This document shows, in pieces, positions 1-13,546 of a stretch of 64,000 nucleotides of DNA. Source of the stretch: Dendrobates tinctorius (Eukaryota); contig NW_027362112.1 of NCBI RefSeq assembly GCF_039654945.1, positions 372,001 through 436,000 of the forward strand, written 5' to 3'. Under the pieces are notes generated by a model that made no database searches, was not told the DNA's origin, and saw only the letters and a list, made by a program, of their open reading frames with translations. Both the position numbers and the translations under genes were made by a program. Positions within the stretch are counted from its first letter, which is position 1, and each line of letters opens with the position of its first letter.

Positions 1-3000
1 TTACAGTGGGGGGAGTGCCGTTCTGGGAGCGGAGGCAGTTACAGTGGGAGGAGTGCCGCTCTGGGAGCGGAGGCAGTTACAGTGGGAGGAGTGCTGCTCT
101 GGGAGAGGAGGCAGTTAAAATGGGGGAGTGCCGTTCTGGGAGCGGAGGCAGTTTCAGTGGGAGGAGTGCTGCTCTGGGAGCGGAGGCAGTTTCAGTGGGA
201 GGAGTGCTGCTCTGGGAGAGGAGGCAGTTACAGTGGGAGGAGTGCCGCTCTGGGAGCGGAGGCAGTTACAGTGGGGGGAGTGCCGTTCTGGGAGCGGAGG
301 CAGTTACAGTGGGAGGAGTGCCGCTCTGGGAGCGGAGGCAGTTACAGTGGGAGGAGTGCTGCTCTGGGAGAGGAGGCAGTTAAAATGGGGGAGTGCTGTT
401 CTGGGAGCTGAGGCAGTTACAGTGGGGGGGAGTGCCGCTCTGGGAGCGGAGGCAGTTACAGTGGGGGGGAGTGCCGCTCTGGGAGCGGAGGCAGTTTCAG
501 TGGGGGGGAGTGCCGCTCTGGGAGCGGAGGCAGTTTCAGTGGGAGGAGTGCTGCTCTGGGAGCGGAGGCAGTTTCAGTGGGAGGAGTGCTGCTCTTGGAG
601 CGGAGGCAGTTTCAGTGGGAGGAGTGCTGCTCTGGGAGCGGAGGCAGTTTCAGTGGGAGGAGTGCTGCTCTGGGAGCGGAGGCAGTTACAGTGGGGGGAG
701 TGCTGCTCTGGGAGCCGAGGCAATTACAATGGGAGGAGTCCTGCTCTGGGAGCGGAGGCAGTTACAGTGGGAGGAGTGCTGCTCTGGGAGCGGATTCAGT
801 AACAGTGGGAGGAGTGCTGCTCTTGGAGCAGAGGAAATTACAATTGGGGAGTGCTGCTGTGGGAGCTGAGGCAGTTACAGTGGGAGGAGTGCTGCTCTGG
901 GAGCGGAGGCAGTTACAGTGGGAGGAGTGCTGCTCTGGGAGCGGATTCAGTAACAGTGGGAGGAGTGCTGCTCTTGGAGCAGAGGAAATTACAATTGGGG
1001 AGTGCTGCTGTGGGAGCTGAGGCAGTTACAGTGGGAGGAGTGCTGCTCTGGGAGCGGAGGCAGTTACAGTGGGAGGAGTGCTGCTCTGGCAGCTGAGGCA
1101 ATTACAATTGGGGAGTGCTGCTCTGGGAGCGGAGGCAGTTACAGTGGGAGGAGTGCTGCTCTGGGAGCGGAGGCAGTTACAGTGGGGGGAGTGCTGCTCT
1201 GGGAGAGGAGGCAGTTACAGTGGGGGGAGCGCCGCTCTGGGAGAGGAGGCAGTTACAGTGGGAGGAGCGCCGCTCTGGGAGAGGAGGCAGTTACAGTGGG
1301 AGGAGCGCCGCTCTGGGAGAGGAGGCAGTTACAGTGGGAGGAGCGCCGCTCTGGGAGAGGAGGCAGTTACAGTGGGAGGAGCGCCGCTCTGGGAGAGGAG
1401 GCAGTTACAGTGGGAGGAGCGCCGCTCTGGGAGAGGAGGCAGTTACAGTGGGGGGAGTGCCGCTCTGGGAGAGGAGGCAGTTACAGTGGGGGGAGTGCCG
1501 CTCTGGGAGAGGAGGCAGTTACAGTGGGGGGAGTGCCGCTCTGGGAGAGGAGGCAGTTACAGTGGGGGGAGCGCTGCTCTGGGAGAGGAGGCAGTTACAG
1601 TGGGGGGAGCGCTGCTCTGGGAGAGGAGGCAGTTACAGTGGGAGGAGCGCTGCTCTGGGAGAGGAGGCAGTTACAGTGGGAGGAGTGCTGCTCTGGCAGC
1701 TGAGGCAATTACAATTGGGGAGTGCTGCTCTGGGAGCGGAGGCAGTTACAGTGGGAGGAGTGCTGCTCTGGGAGCGGAGGCAGTTACAGTGGGGGGAGCG
1801 CTGCTCTGGGAGCGGAGGCAGTTACAGTGGGGGGAGCGCTGCTCTGGGAGCGGAGGCAGTTAGAGTGGGAGGAGCGCTGCTCTGGGAGAGGAGGCAGTTA
1901 CAGTGGGAGGAGTGCTGCTCTGGGAACGGAGGCAGTTACAGTGGGGGGAGTGCTGTTCTGGGAGCGGAGGCAGTTACAGTGGGAGGAGTGCCGCTCTGGG
2001 AGCGGAGGCAGTTACAGTGGGAGGAGTGCTGCTCTGGGAGAGGAGGCAGTTAAAATGGGGGAGTGCTGTTCTGGGAGCTGAGGCAGTTACAGTGGGGGGG
2101 AGTGCCGCTCTGGGAGCGGAGGCAGTTACAGTGGGGGGGAGTGCCGCTCTGGGAGCGGAGGCAGTTACAGTGGGGGGGAGTGCCGCTCTGGGAGCGGAGG
2201 CAGTTTCAGTGGGAGGAGTGCTGCTCTGGGAGCGGAGGCAGTTTCAGTGGGAGGAGTGCTGCTCTGGGAGCGGAGGCAGTTTCAGTGGGAGGAGTGCTGC
2301 TCTGGGAGCGGAGGCAGTTACAGTGGGGGGGAGTGCTGCTCTGGGAGCGGAGGCAATTACAATGGGAGGAGTCCCGCTCTGGGAGCGGAGGCAGTTACAG
2401 TGGGAGGAGTGCTGCTCTGGGAGCGGATTCAGTAACAGTGGGAGGAGTGCTGCTCTTGGAGCAGAGGAAATTACAATTGGGGAGTGCTGCTGTGGGAGCG
2501 GAGGCAGTTACAGTGGGAGGAGTGCTGCTCTGGGAGCGGAGGCAGTTACAGTGGGAGGAGTGCTGCTCTGGCAGCTGAGGCAATTACAATTGGGGAGTGC
2601 TGCTCTGGGAGCGGAGGCAGTTACAGTGGGAGGAGTGCTGCTCTGGGAGCCGAGGCAGTTACAGTGGGGGGAGTGCTGCTCTGGGAGAGGAGGCAGTTAC
2701 AGTGGGAGGAGTGCTGCTCTGGGAGCGGAGGCAGTTAAAATGGGGGAGTGCTGTTCTGGGAGCTGAGGCAGTTACAGTGGGAGGAGTGCCGCTCTGGGAG
2801 CGGAGGCAGTTACAGTGGGGGGGAGTGCCGCTCTGGGAGCGGAGGCAGTTACAATGGGAGGAGTGCTGCTCTGGGAGCGGAGGCAATTACAATGGGAGGA
2901 GTCCCGCTCTGGGAGCGGAGGCAGTTACAGTGGGAGGAGTGCTGCTCTGGGAGCGGATTCAGTAACAGTGGGAGGAGTGCTGCTCTTGGAGCAGAGTAAA

Positions 3001-3590
3001 TTACAATTGGGGAGTGCTGCTCTGGGAGCTGAGGCAGTTACAATTGGGGAGTGCTGCTCTGGGAGCTGAGGCAGTTACAGTGGGAGGAGTGCAGCTCTGG
3101 GAGCTGAGGCAATTACAATTGGGGAGTGCTGCTCTGGGAGCGGAGGCAGTTACAGTGGGAGGAGTGCTGCTCAGGGAGCGGAGGCAGTTACAGTGGGGGG
3201 AGTGCTGCTCTGGGAGCGGAGGCAGTTACAGTGGGGGGAGTGCTGCTCTGGGAGCGGAGGCAGTTACAGTGGGGGGAGTGCTGCTCTGGGAGCGGAGGCA
3301 GTTACAGTGGGGGGAGTGCTGCTCTGGGAGCGGAGGCAGTTTCAGTGGGAGGAGTGCTGCTCTGGGAGCGGAGGCAGTTTCAGTGGGAGGAGTGCTGCTC
3401 TGGGAGCGGAGGCAGTTACAGTGGGGGGAGTGCTGCTCTGGGAGCGGAGGCAGTTACAGTGGGGGGAGTGCTGCTCTGGGAGCGGAGGCAGTTACAGTGG
3501 GGGGAGTGCTGCTCTGGGAGCGGAGGCAGTTACAGTGGGGGGAGTGCTGCTCTGGGAGCGGAGGCAGTTACAGTGGGGGGAGTGCTGCTC
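1..3590. repeat. G-rich 38-bp minisatellite in USB1 intron 1 (TTACAGTGGGAGGAGTGCTGCTCTGGGAGCGGAGGCAG)
   Basis: Tandem units read directly; runs off the left edge of the window. Confidence 0.97.
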
Positions 3591-3670
3591 TTGTGCCGTG
3601 TACTGCAGGAGCCTCGCCTGGTCCTGCACCCTGTGGTGTCTGCACACATGACCCAGTCTCTCTCTCGCAG

Positions 3671-3822
3671 GCCACCATGTCTGCTCCCCGTCCCGCAGTC
3701 TATCCTGAACATGGTGACAGAGCCGGACTCCGAGCACCACGATGATGTCACAGAACATGGCGGACGGGTGCGGCGCTTTCGTCACGAGCGAGGAAATTGG
3801 GCATCTTATGTGTATGTGGCGT
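3671..3822 (+). CDS. USB1: USB1 (U6 snRNA 3'-5' phosphodiesterase) coding exon 2
   Basis: ctctcgcag acceptor and gtgagt donor; encodes PVPQSILNM...HGGRVRRFRHERGNWASYVY, matching USB1 [20 protein letters not shown]. Confidence 0.93.
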
Positions 3823-3903
3823 GTGAGTGTCGGGAGGGCCGGAGCCCAGTGAGAGGAGCGCAGCAGGGGCAGCCGCCAGGTTTAGTTTCTCCTTGTCTTT
3901 CAG

Positions 3904-4087
3904 TTCACCCTCGTGAAGAATTCTGGGAGCTGCTGGAGGAGCTGAAGTCTGCGGCCCGGAAACATGGCGTCACCCTGAGCACCATGAAGGAGCTGCACGT
4001 CAGCCTCTCACACACCGTCGTCCTGCGACATCACTGGATCCAGCCGCTCGTCCAGACCCTCCGGCACAATCTTTGCTCCACTCCACG
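3904..4087 (+). CDS. USB1: USB1 exon 3 (first catalytic HxS motif, LHVSLS)
   Basis: ctttcag acceptor, gtcagt donor, 184 bp; ELHVSLSHTVVLRHHWIQP. Confidence 0.95.
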
Positions 4088-4516
4088 GTCAGTGTGAGAG
4101 CCCCCGAACTATTACTCCCGGTTATCAGCCAAATTATGATGGGAGTGTATCTTGTTCTGACAGATTGTCTACATATGGCGGGGGGGGGTGACACAATCTC
4201 TGCATCCCACCAGTGAAGGATCTGTGCTGGCAGCTATGGATGCATAAAGTAACACAAGTATTGTTCTAATGTGACCTGTTAATTCTTCCAAAAACTGATT
4301 GTTCCTCTGATCCAGCCTCCCCTAGACTCCTGCAGCCTCCACTGATTGGAGAGGGGGAAAGTGTAGTAAGAGGGAGACCAATCTATCTTGAGTGCAGCAA
4401 CCAGAATCCTATTTCTGTCCCAACCACTACACTGATGCCTCCACCCTGTGCCAGTCATTGCACTGGTTACCCATCCGCGACAGAGTCCAATATAAACTGC
4501 TCACTCACCCATAAAA

Positions 4517-7500
4517 CTCTCCACAGTGCTGCACAACCTACATCACCTCCACCTGTCTACCCACCTACCCATTCTCTCCAGTGCTGCACCACCCTACATC
4601 TCCTCATCTGTCTATCTTCTACCCTTCCTCTCCACAGTGCTGCACCACTCTTCATCTCCTCATCTGTCTATCTTCTACCCTTCCTCTCCACAGTGCTGCA
4701 CCACCCTACATCTCCCCCTCATCTCTGTCTACCACCTACCCGTCCTCTCCACAGTGCTGCACCACCCTACATCTCCTCATCTGTCTACCACCTACCCATC
4801 CTCTCCACAGTGCTGCACCGCCCTACATCTCATCTGTCTACCACCTACCCGTCCTCTCCACAGTGCTGCACCACCCTACATCTCCACAGTGCTGCACCGC
4901 CCTACATCTCATCTGTCTACCAACTACCCGTCCTCTCCACAGTGCTGCACTGCCCTACATATCATTCCTGTCTACCACCTACCCGTCCTCTTCACAGTGC
5001 TGCACTGCCCTACATCTCCTCATCTGTCTACCACCTACCCATCCTCTCCACAGTGCTGCACCCCCCTACATCTCATCTGTCTACCACCTACCCATCCTCT
5101 CCACAGTGATGCACCGCCCTACATCTCCTCCTCATCTGTCTACCACCTACCCATCCTCTCCACAGTGCTGCACCACCCTACATCTCCTCCTCATCTCTGT
5201 TTACCACCTACCCGTCCTCTCCACAGTGCTGCACCGCACTACATCTCCTCATCTGTCTACCACCTACCCATCCTCTCCACAGTGATGCACCGCCCTACAT
5301 CTCCTCCTCATCTCTGTCTACCACCTACCCGTCCTCTCCACAGTGATGCACTGCCCTACATCTCCTCATCTGTCTACCACCTACCCATCCTCTCCACAGT
5401 GCTGCACCACCCTACATCTCCTCCTCATCTCTGTTTACCACCTACCCGTCCTCCACAGTGCTGTACTGCCCTACATATCATTCCTGTCTACCACCTACCC
5501 GTCCTCTTCACAGTACTGCACTGCCCTACATCTCATCTGTCTACCACCTACCCGTCTTCTCCACAGTGCTGCACCGCCCTACATCTCCTCATCTCTGTCT
5601 ACCACCTACCCATCCTCTCCACAGTGCTGCACCACCCTACATCTCCACAGTGCTGCACCGCCCTACATCTCATCTGTCTACCACCTACCCGTCCTCTCCA
5701 CAGTGCTGCACCGCCCTACATCTCATCTGTCTATCACCTACCCGTCCTCTCCACAGTGCTGCACTGCCCTACATATCATTCCTGTCTACCACCTACCCGT
5801 CCTCTTCACAGTGCTGCACTGCCCTACATCTCATCTGTCTACCACCTACCCATCCTCTCCACAGTGCTGCACTGCCCTACATATCATTCCTGTCTACCAC
5901 CTACCCGTCCTCTTCACAGTGCTGCACTGCCCTACATCTCCTCATCTGTCTACCAACTACCCGTCCTCTCCACAGTGCTGCACTGCCCTACATATCATTC
6001 CTGTCTACCACCTACCCGTCCTCTTCACAGTGCTGCACTGCCCTACATCTCCTCATCTGTCTACCACCTACCCATCCTCTCCACAGTGCTGCACCCCCCT
6101 ACATCTCATCTGTCTACCACCTACCCATCCTCTCCACAGTGATGCACCGCCCTACATCTCCTCCTCATCTGTCTACCACCTACCCATCCTCTCCACAGTG
6201 CTGCACCACCCTACATCTCCTCCTCATCTCTGTTTACCACCTACCCGTCCTCTCCACAGTGCTGCACCGCACTACATCTCCTCATCTGTCTACCACCTAC
6301 CCATCCTCTCCACAGTGATGCACCGCCCTACATCTCCTCCTCATCTGTCTACCACCTACCCATCCTCTCCACAGTGCTGCACCACCCTACATCTCCTCCT
6401 CATCTCTGTCTACCACCTACCCGTCCTCTCCACAGTGATGCACTGCCCTACATCTCCTCATCTGTCTACCACCTACCCATCCTCTCCACAGTGCTGCACC
6501 ACCCTACATCTCCTCCTCATCTCTGTTTACCACCTACCCGTCCTCCACAGTGCTGTACTGCCCTACATATCATTCCTGTCTACCACCTACCCGTCCTCTT
6601 CACAGTACTGCACTGCCCTACATCTCATCTGTCTACCACCTACCCGTCTTCTCCACAGTGCTGCACCGCCCTACATCTCCTCATCTCTGTCTACCACCTA
6701 CCCATCCTCTCCACAGTGCTGCACCACCCTACATCTCCACAGTGCTGCACCGCCCTACATCTCATCTGTCTACCACCTACCCGTCCTCTCCACAGTGCTG
6801 CACCGCCCTACATCTCCTCATCTGTCTATCACCTACCCGTCCTCTCCACAGTGCTGCACTGCCCTACATATCATTCCTGTCTACCACCTACCCGTCCTCT
6901 TCACAGTGCTGCACTGCCCTACATCTCCTCATCTGTCTACCACCTACCCATCCTCTCCACAGTGCTGCACCCCCCTACATCTCATCTGTCTACCACCTAC
7001 CCATCCTCTCCCCAGTGATGCACTGCCCTACATCTCCTCATCTGTCTACCACCTACCCATCCTCTCCACAGTGCTGCACCACCCTACATCTCCTCCTCAT
7101 CTCTGTTTACCACCTACCCGTCCTCTCCACAGTGCTGCACCGCACTACATCTCCTCATCTGTCTACCACCTACCCATCCTCTCCACAGTGCTGCACCACC
7201 CTACATCTCATCTCTGTCTACCACCTACCCATCCTCTCCACAGTGATGCACTGCCCTACATCTCCTCCTCATCTCTGTCTACCACCTACCCATCCTCTCC
7301 ACAGTGCTGCACCCCCCTACATCTCATCTGTCTACCACCTACCCATCCTCTTCCCAGTGATGCACTGCCCTACATCTCCTCATCTGTCTACCACCTACCC
7401 ATCCTCTCCACAGTGCTGCACCACCCTACATCTCCTCCTCATCTCTGTTTACCACCTACCCGTCCTCTCCACAGTGCTGCACCGCACTACATCTCATCTG

Positions 7501-7872
7501 TCTACCACCTACCCATCCTCTCCACAGTGCTGCACCACCCTACATCTCATCTGTCTACCACCTACCCATCCTCTCCACAGTGATGCACTGCCCTACATCT
7601 CCTCATCTGTCTACCACCTACCCATCCTCTCCACAGTGCTGCACCACCCTACATCTCCTCCTCATCTCTTTACCACCTACCCGTCCTCCACAGTGCTGCA
7701 CCGCCCTACATCTCCTCATCTCTGTCTACCACCTACCCATCCTCTCCACAGTACTGCACTGCCCTACATCTCATCTCTGTCTACCACCTACCCGTCTTCT
7801 CCACAGTGCTGCACCGCCCTACATCTCATCTCTGTCTACCACCTACCTGTCCTCTCCACAGTGCTGCACCGC
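4517..7872. repeat. C-rich ~53-61-bp minisatellite, left arm (CTCCACAGTGCTGCACCGCCCTACATCTCCTCATCTGTCTACCACCTACCCATCCT)
   Basis: Tandem units with ~1.0-1.1 kb higher-order duplication; interrupted by the LTR element. Confidence 0.95.
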
Positions 7873-8730
7873 TGTTATGAATGAGTCACCGAGGAGAAGA
7901 AAGCAAAACAAGCTAAGCCACAGAAAACCAGAGAGGTTGGTAACTATGCAGATTGCAGATCCCTGATCCTATCCACACAACTAGCAGTAGCCGTGGAGCG
8001 TTCCTTCGGTGAACCTAGACGCTTCGTCACAGCCGGAGGACTAAATAAGCCTAAAGCAAGAAAAGAGGAAAACTAACTGCCCCAGAGCAGACCCCAAAGG
8101 AATAGACAGCCCCCACACATGTATTGACTGTGAAACAAGATGAAGGCACAAACACAGGAAGGAAAATAGGCTGAGCAAACAATGGGGCCCAAACTAACTG
8201 GAAAGGAAAGACACTGTCTGCAATCTGCCAAAAACCCTACAAAAATAATGTCCAACACTTCTGATAACAAAATTAACCCTGAAGTTACTAGACTTCTCCC
8301 ACTATATCAGCACTCTGAAATATTCTGAGACAGAGCAAAAAGAGGCCAATCTAATAAGGGACAAAAAGCAAATTGGCAAATACAGATAAATAAGAGTGGA
8401 AATTCAGCACACCCCCAGCCGGGGCTGGCTGACCACACAAAAAACTGAATAGACCAACAAAATCAAGTGTGAACATTAGCAGAAACACTTAGCTTGAGCT
8501 GACTGGAACAGAGCTGAGAACTAAGACCTGACAAGCCAGAAGGAATCATCAGCAACTGAATAGGGCATCGGCTGTCTTAAATCCAATCTGAGATTCCTGA
8601 GGTCCAATCGTCATCCTCATCAGGTGGCAGATCTCCACTGATTAAATCAGCCTCACTACCTCCTGTTACCACCAGAGGGTGGCTGGAAGGAGGACTCACA
8701 ACTGGTAGACCAGAAAATGAACTCACAACA
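7873..8730 (-). repeat. 3' LTR
   Basis: Direct repeat of 13547-14408; preceded on the minus strand by the PPT AAGGGGGAGGTAC (8731-8743). Confidence 0.95.
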
Positions 8731-8753
8731 GTACCTCCCCCTTGAGGAGGGGG

Positions 8754-9959
8754 TCACCGAACCCTCATCCACGCCACCAGGCCGATCAGGATGGGCCCGT
8801 GAAAAGCACAAACCAATCTATCGGCATGAATATCAGAGGCAGAGACCCAAGAATTATCCTGGCCATAACCCTTCCACTTGACCAAATACTGGAGTCTCCG
8901 TCTAACCAAACGAGAATCCAATATTTTCTCTACCTCATATTCCACATTGCCTTCGACCAACACAGGGTCAAGAGGTGCTGCCATAGGAACCACTGGCTCA
9001 ACAAACCTCTTCAACAGAGATTTGTGAAATACGTTATGGATCTTGAACGTAACTGGAAGAGCCAATCGAAACGAAACAGGATTAAGAATTTCCAAAATCT
9101 TATAAGGACCAATAAATCTTGGCTTAAATTTTGGACATGCAACCTTCATAGGAATATTCTTAGACGACAACCAAACCATATCACCCACTTTAAACCGGGG
9201 ACCAATGGTCCTATGCTGGTTGGAAAATCGCTGGGCCTTTTCCTGAGAGAGTGACAACTTATCCACCACTTGGTCCCATATCTGCTGCATTCTCTCAACC
9301 ACAGTGTCCACACCTGGGCAGGACGAAGATTCCACTTGCCCTGAAGAGAATCGAGGATGAAACCCAAAATTACAGAAAAAGGGTGACATCAAAGTGGCAG
9401 AACTAGCTCTATTGTTCAGCGCAAATTCGGCCAAGGGCAAAAATGAGACCCAATAATCTTGATCAGCAGATATAAAACATCTTAAATAAGACTCCAGGGT
9501 CTGGTTTGTTCTCTCTGTCTGTCCATTGGTCTGGGGATGAAATGCGGAGGAGAAGGATAACTGAATTTCCAGATTGGAACAAAAGGCTTTCCAGAATCTG
9601 GAAACAAACTGGACTCCTCTATCGGACACAATGTTCTCAGGAATCCCGTGTAACCGAACCACCTGTTGTAAAAACAAGGGCACCAACTCAGCAGAAGATG
9701 GCAACTTTGGGAGTGGTACAAGATGGACCATCTTGGAAAATCTATCACAAATCACCCAGATAACAGTCATTCTCTGAGAGACAGGAAGATCAGAAATAAA
9801 ATCCATTGAGATATGGGTCCATGGCCTCCTGGGCACTGGGAGGGGCATCAGCAAACCACTAGAACGAGAACAGGGTTTAGACCGAGAACAAGTCCCACAG
9901 GATTCTACAAAATTCCTGACGTCACGAGATAAGGCAGGCCACCAAAACCGACTCACCAA
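8754..9959 (-). pseudogene. Gypsy integrase plus C-terminal chromodomain (frameshifted relative to RT/RH)
   Basis: WTHISMDFI, IVSDRGVQF, HPQTNGQTER, FIGPYKI, EYEVEKILDSR..QYLVKWKGYG. Confidence 0.95.
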
Positions 9960-11402
9960 AAATACCTGGATGACCAGCCAATGCGGAGCAATGGACGTCA
10001 GACATCACTCTCTTTCTCCACTGGTCAGGAACATACAATTTTCCCGTAGGACAACGCTCAGGTTTATCCTTCTGAAATTCCTCCAGGGCGCGTCTAAAAT
10101 CGGGCGAAATGGCAGAAAGAACTACCCCCTCACCTAGGATGGTAGTAGGCTCAGTCACATTAAGAGAATCCGCAAAGAAACTCCTAGAAAAGGCGTCTGC
10201 CTTAACATTCTTAGTGCCCGGAAGAAAAGAGACCACAATATTAAAACGCGTGAAAAACAATGCCCATCTAGCCTGTCTAGGATTCAAGCGTTTGGCCGAC
10301 TCCAGATAAATCAGATTCTTGTGGTCAGTGAGGACCACAACTTGATGTCTAGCTCCCTCCAACCAATGTCTCCACTCTTCAAATGCCCATTTCATGGCCA
10401 ACAAATCCTGATTCCCCACATCATAGTTGCGTTCAGATGGGGAGAACTTTCGAGAAAAGAAGGCACAGGGATTCATCTTAGAAGTCACAGGGTCTTTTTG
10501 GGACAACACAGCTCCTGCACCAATCTCAGAAGCAACTACCTCCATTTGAAATGGAAGTGAGACATCAGGTTGTCGTAAAACTGGAGCTGAAGTAAATCTC
10601 TGCTTAAGCTCCTGAAATGCTGAGACAGCCTCAGGAGACCAACTCAGCACATCAGTGCCCTTCTTGGTCAGATCAGTCAGTTGTTTGACAATACCAGAAA
10701 AATTACCTATAAATTTACGATAGAAATTAGAAAAACCCCAAAACTTCTGGAGATCCTTCAAAGAAGTGGGCTGAACCCAATCATAAATGGCCAGTAGCTT
10801 GGCCGGGTCCATTTCAATAGTCGATGGAAATAAGATAAATCCCAAAAATGAAATCCTCTGTACACCAAAGAGGCGCTTAGATCCCTTAACAAACAGGGAA
10901 TTCTCCCTCAAAATCCGGAACACAGTCCGGACATGTTCCACATGAGAATCCCAATCACTAGAAAAGATCAAAATATCATCCAGATAGATGATCAAAAACT
11001 TATCCACAAAGTCACGGAAAATATCATTCATAAAGGACTGGAAGACAGAAGGGGCATTAGTGAGCCCAAAAGGCATCACCAGGTACTCAAAATGTCCCTC
11101 CGGAGTATTAAACACCATCTTCCATTCATCCCCATGCTTAATGCGGATAAGATTATACGCCCCCCTGAGGTCAAGCTTGGTAAACCAGCAGGCACCTTTA
11201 ACTCTGGAGAATAGATCAGACATCAGAGGTAACGGATACTGATATTTAACCGTCATCTTATTAAGGGAACGATAGTCAATACACGGTCTTAATGAACCAT
11301 CTTTCTTGGCCACAAAAAAAAACCCAGCACCTAAAGGGGATGAGGATGGTCTAATATGACCCTTCTCCAATGACTCCTTAATATAGGATCGCATAGCATC
11401 AT
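9922..11402 (-). pseudogene. Gypsy reverse transcriptase and RNase H
   Basis: LRPCIDYR, KLDLRGAY, MPFGLTNAP, YLDDILI, TDHKNL, AGHPG. Confidence 0.96.
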
Positions 11403-11410
11403 GTTCGGGT

Positions 11411-12042
11411 CAGGGCTGTGGAGTCGGTCAGCCAAACCTGCGACTCCGACTCCTCAATTTCCCTTACTCCGACTCCACGACTCCGACTCCCACACATATT
11501 GCTTATATTTAAGTGAAAAATGTATTGTAGTACAATGTGAACCTCAGACATTTAATCATTTTTATGATCCAATAATCAAGATATTTAGATAGAACAGAAT
11601 ATATATTGGTGTACTACCCGGTTTTCATTCTTTTTGGTACAGATACGATATGGATAGACAGATATGGATAAATGGATATATAGATAGAGCAGATTTCTAA
11701 TCTGCTTTTGCTATTGAAAACATTATCTATGAGCTCAAAAACCTTTCAGGTGATGCAGTTTTTTAAAAAGCTGATCTGCTTTTGCAGCTGAAAAACGTAT
11801 CCTCAAAAAACACAGGAAAAACGCTGTGTGTGAATGTAGCCTTAGATCAGGAATAGAACAGCCATTTATAGGACATTTCATAACTTTCCCAAACTCCTAT
11901 GAAAAAATATTCAGCACATCCTGCATTGAATTACTGTACCCAATTTATTATATATTTTAGGAGTCGGTCCATTTTATACCGACTCCAACTCCGACTCCAC
12001 CAAAATGAGCACCGACTCCACGACTCCGACTCCACAGCCCTG
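11411..12042. mobile_element. hAT-type non-autonomous element nested in Gypsy pol
   Basis: 17-bp TIR CAGGGCTGTGGAGTCGG; perfect 8-bp TSD GTTCGGGT (11403-11410 and 12043-12050); subterminal GACTCC repeats. Confidence 0.92.
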
Positions 12043-12050
12043 GTTCGGGT

Positions 12051-13399
12051 ACTAAGTTGAAAAGCCGACCCTTGGGAAATTTACACCCAGGCATCAACTC
12101 AATTGCACAGTCATAACTCCTATGAGGAGGCAAAGACGCAGACTTACTCTCACTAAATACATCAGAGAAATCAGCCAAATAGTCAGGAACATCATGAGAC
12201 TGAGGAGAGGTGGAGAAAACAGGAGCGTCACCAAGAGCACACCGACAACCCCAACTCACCACAGACCCAGATTTCTAATCCAAAATTGGGTTATGAGTTT
12301 GCAACCAGGGAAAACACAGAACAAGAGTATCATGCAAATTATGCAACACCAGAAATTTACAATTTTCTTGGTGGTCTGGGGCGACCCGCATTACCACCTG
12401 GGTCCAAAACTGAGGTTTATTCTCCGCCAAAGGAGTGGCATCAATACCCCTCAAAGGGATAGGCGTCCGCAGAGATGTCATAGGAAACCCACAACATTTA
12501 GCAAAGTCCAAATCCATCAGATTCAACGCTGCTCCTGAATCCACAAAAGCCTTAGTGGAAAACGTGGACAAGGAGCAGATCAGAGTAATCGCCAAAAGAA
12601 ACTTAGGCTGTACACTGCCCACAGCAAATGTGTGTGCAAAACGTTTCTCTCATTTAGGGCAGACAGAAATAGTATGAGAGGCGTCTCCACAGAAAAAACA
12701 CAGCTTATTACGCCTTCTAAACTCCTGACGTTGCGCCCTAGACAAAACTATCACATTGCATAGGTTCAGACATTTGTCCAAAAGGTGGCAGCCCCTCCCG
12801 TGTAGTTTTACGTTCACGTAAACGCCGATCAACTTGAATGGCTAATGCCATAGAATCATCCAGACCAGAGGGAACAGGAAATCCCACCATAGTATCTTTT
12901 ACGGTCTATGATAAACCTTTCCGAAAGAGAGCTGCCAAAGCACTATCATTCCATGTAGTAAGGACCGCCCACTTTCGGAATTTTTGACAGTATAACTCTG
13001 CAGAATCCTGACCCAGGTTTAACGCCAATGGGGTTCTCTCAGCCTGATCAACAGCATTAGGTTCATCATACAACAACCCCAAGGCTTGAAAAAATGCATC
13101 CACATTAGTCAGAATAGGATCTCCGGGTGTCAGAGAAAACGCCCAATCCTGGGGATCGCCGCGCAGCAAGGAGATGACAATTTTAACATGCTGCGCAGAG
13201 CTCCTCGATGAGTTAGGCTTCAAGGCCAGAAATAATTTACAATTATTCTTAAAAGTCAGAAATTTAGACCGATCCCTAGAAAACATCAGGAGTAGGGATC
13301 TTAGGTTCAAGCAGCATGTGACTGAATGAGGTAGGTGGAAATTCCCCACACTTCAGCAGCCAGCTGCTCCACACGATCAGACAGTTGCTTAATCTCCAT
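12051..13399 (-). pseudogene. Gypsy gag (capsid, CCHC knuckle) and aspartic protease, with stops and frameshifts
   Basis: ISLLRGDPQDWA, CFFCGDASHTISVCP, AFVDSGA; ATG at 13399. Confidence 0.9.
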
Positions 13400-13546
13400 T
13401 AGGAAAAAGAAAATCCTCCTACAGCCCCAGAGAAAGAGGAAAAAATCTAGAAAAAAAAAAAAAAAAAATTGTGACACTTTTCTTTCTTTTTAACAACTTT
13501 TTCCTGCTTTTGAGTACCCTAGAATCCGCGGTATGGCTGGTGATTC

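Noticed and set aside
1-3590. Long low-complexity ORFs in all three frames (also 4435-7966, 14383-15875, 18925-21348, 22158-33423, 43214-49247, 54605-56043, 58118-61474)
   Set aside because: Translations of stop-poor tandem repeats; the same peptides recur in every frame and lie in introns or intergenic DNA
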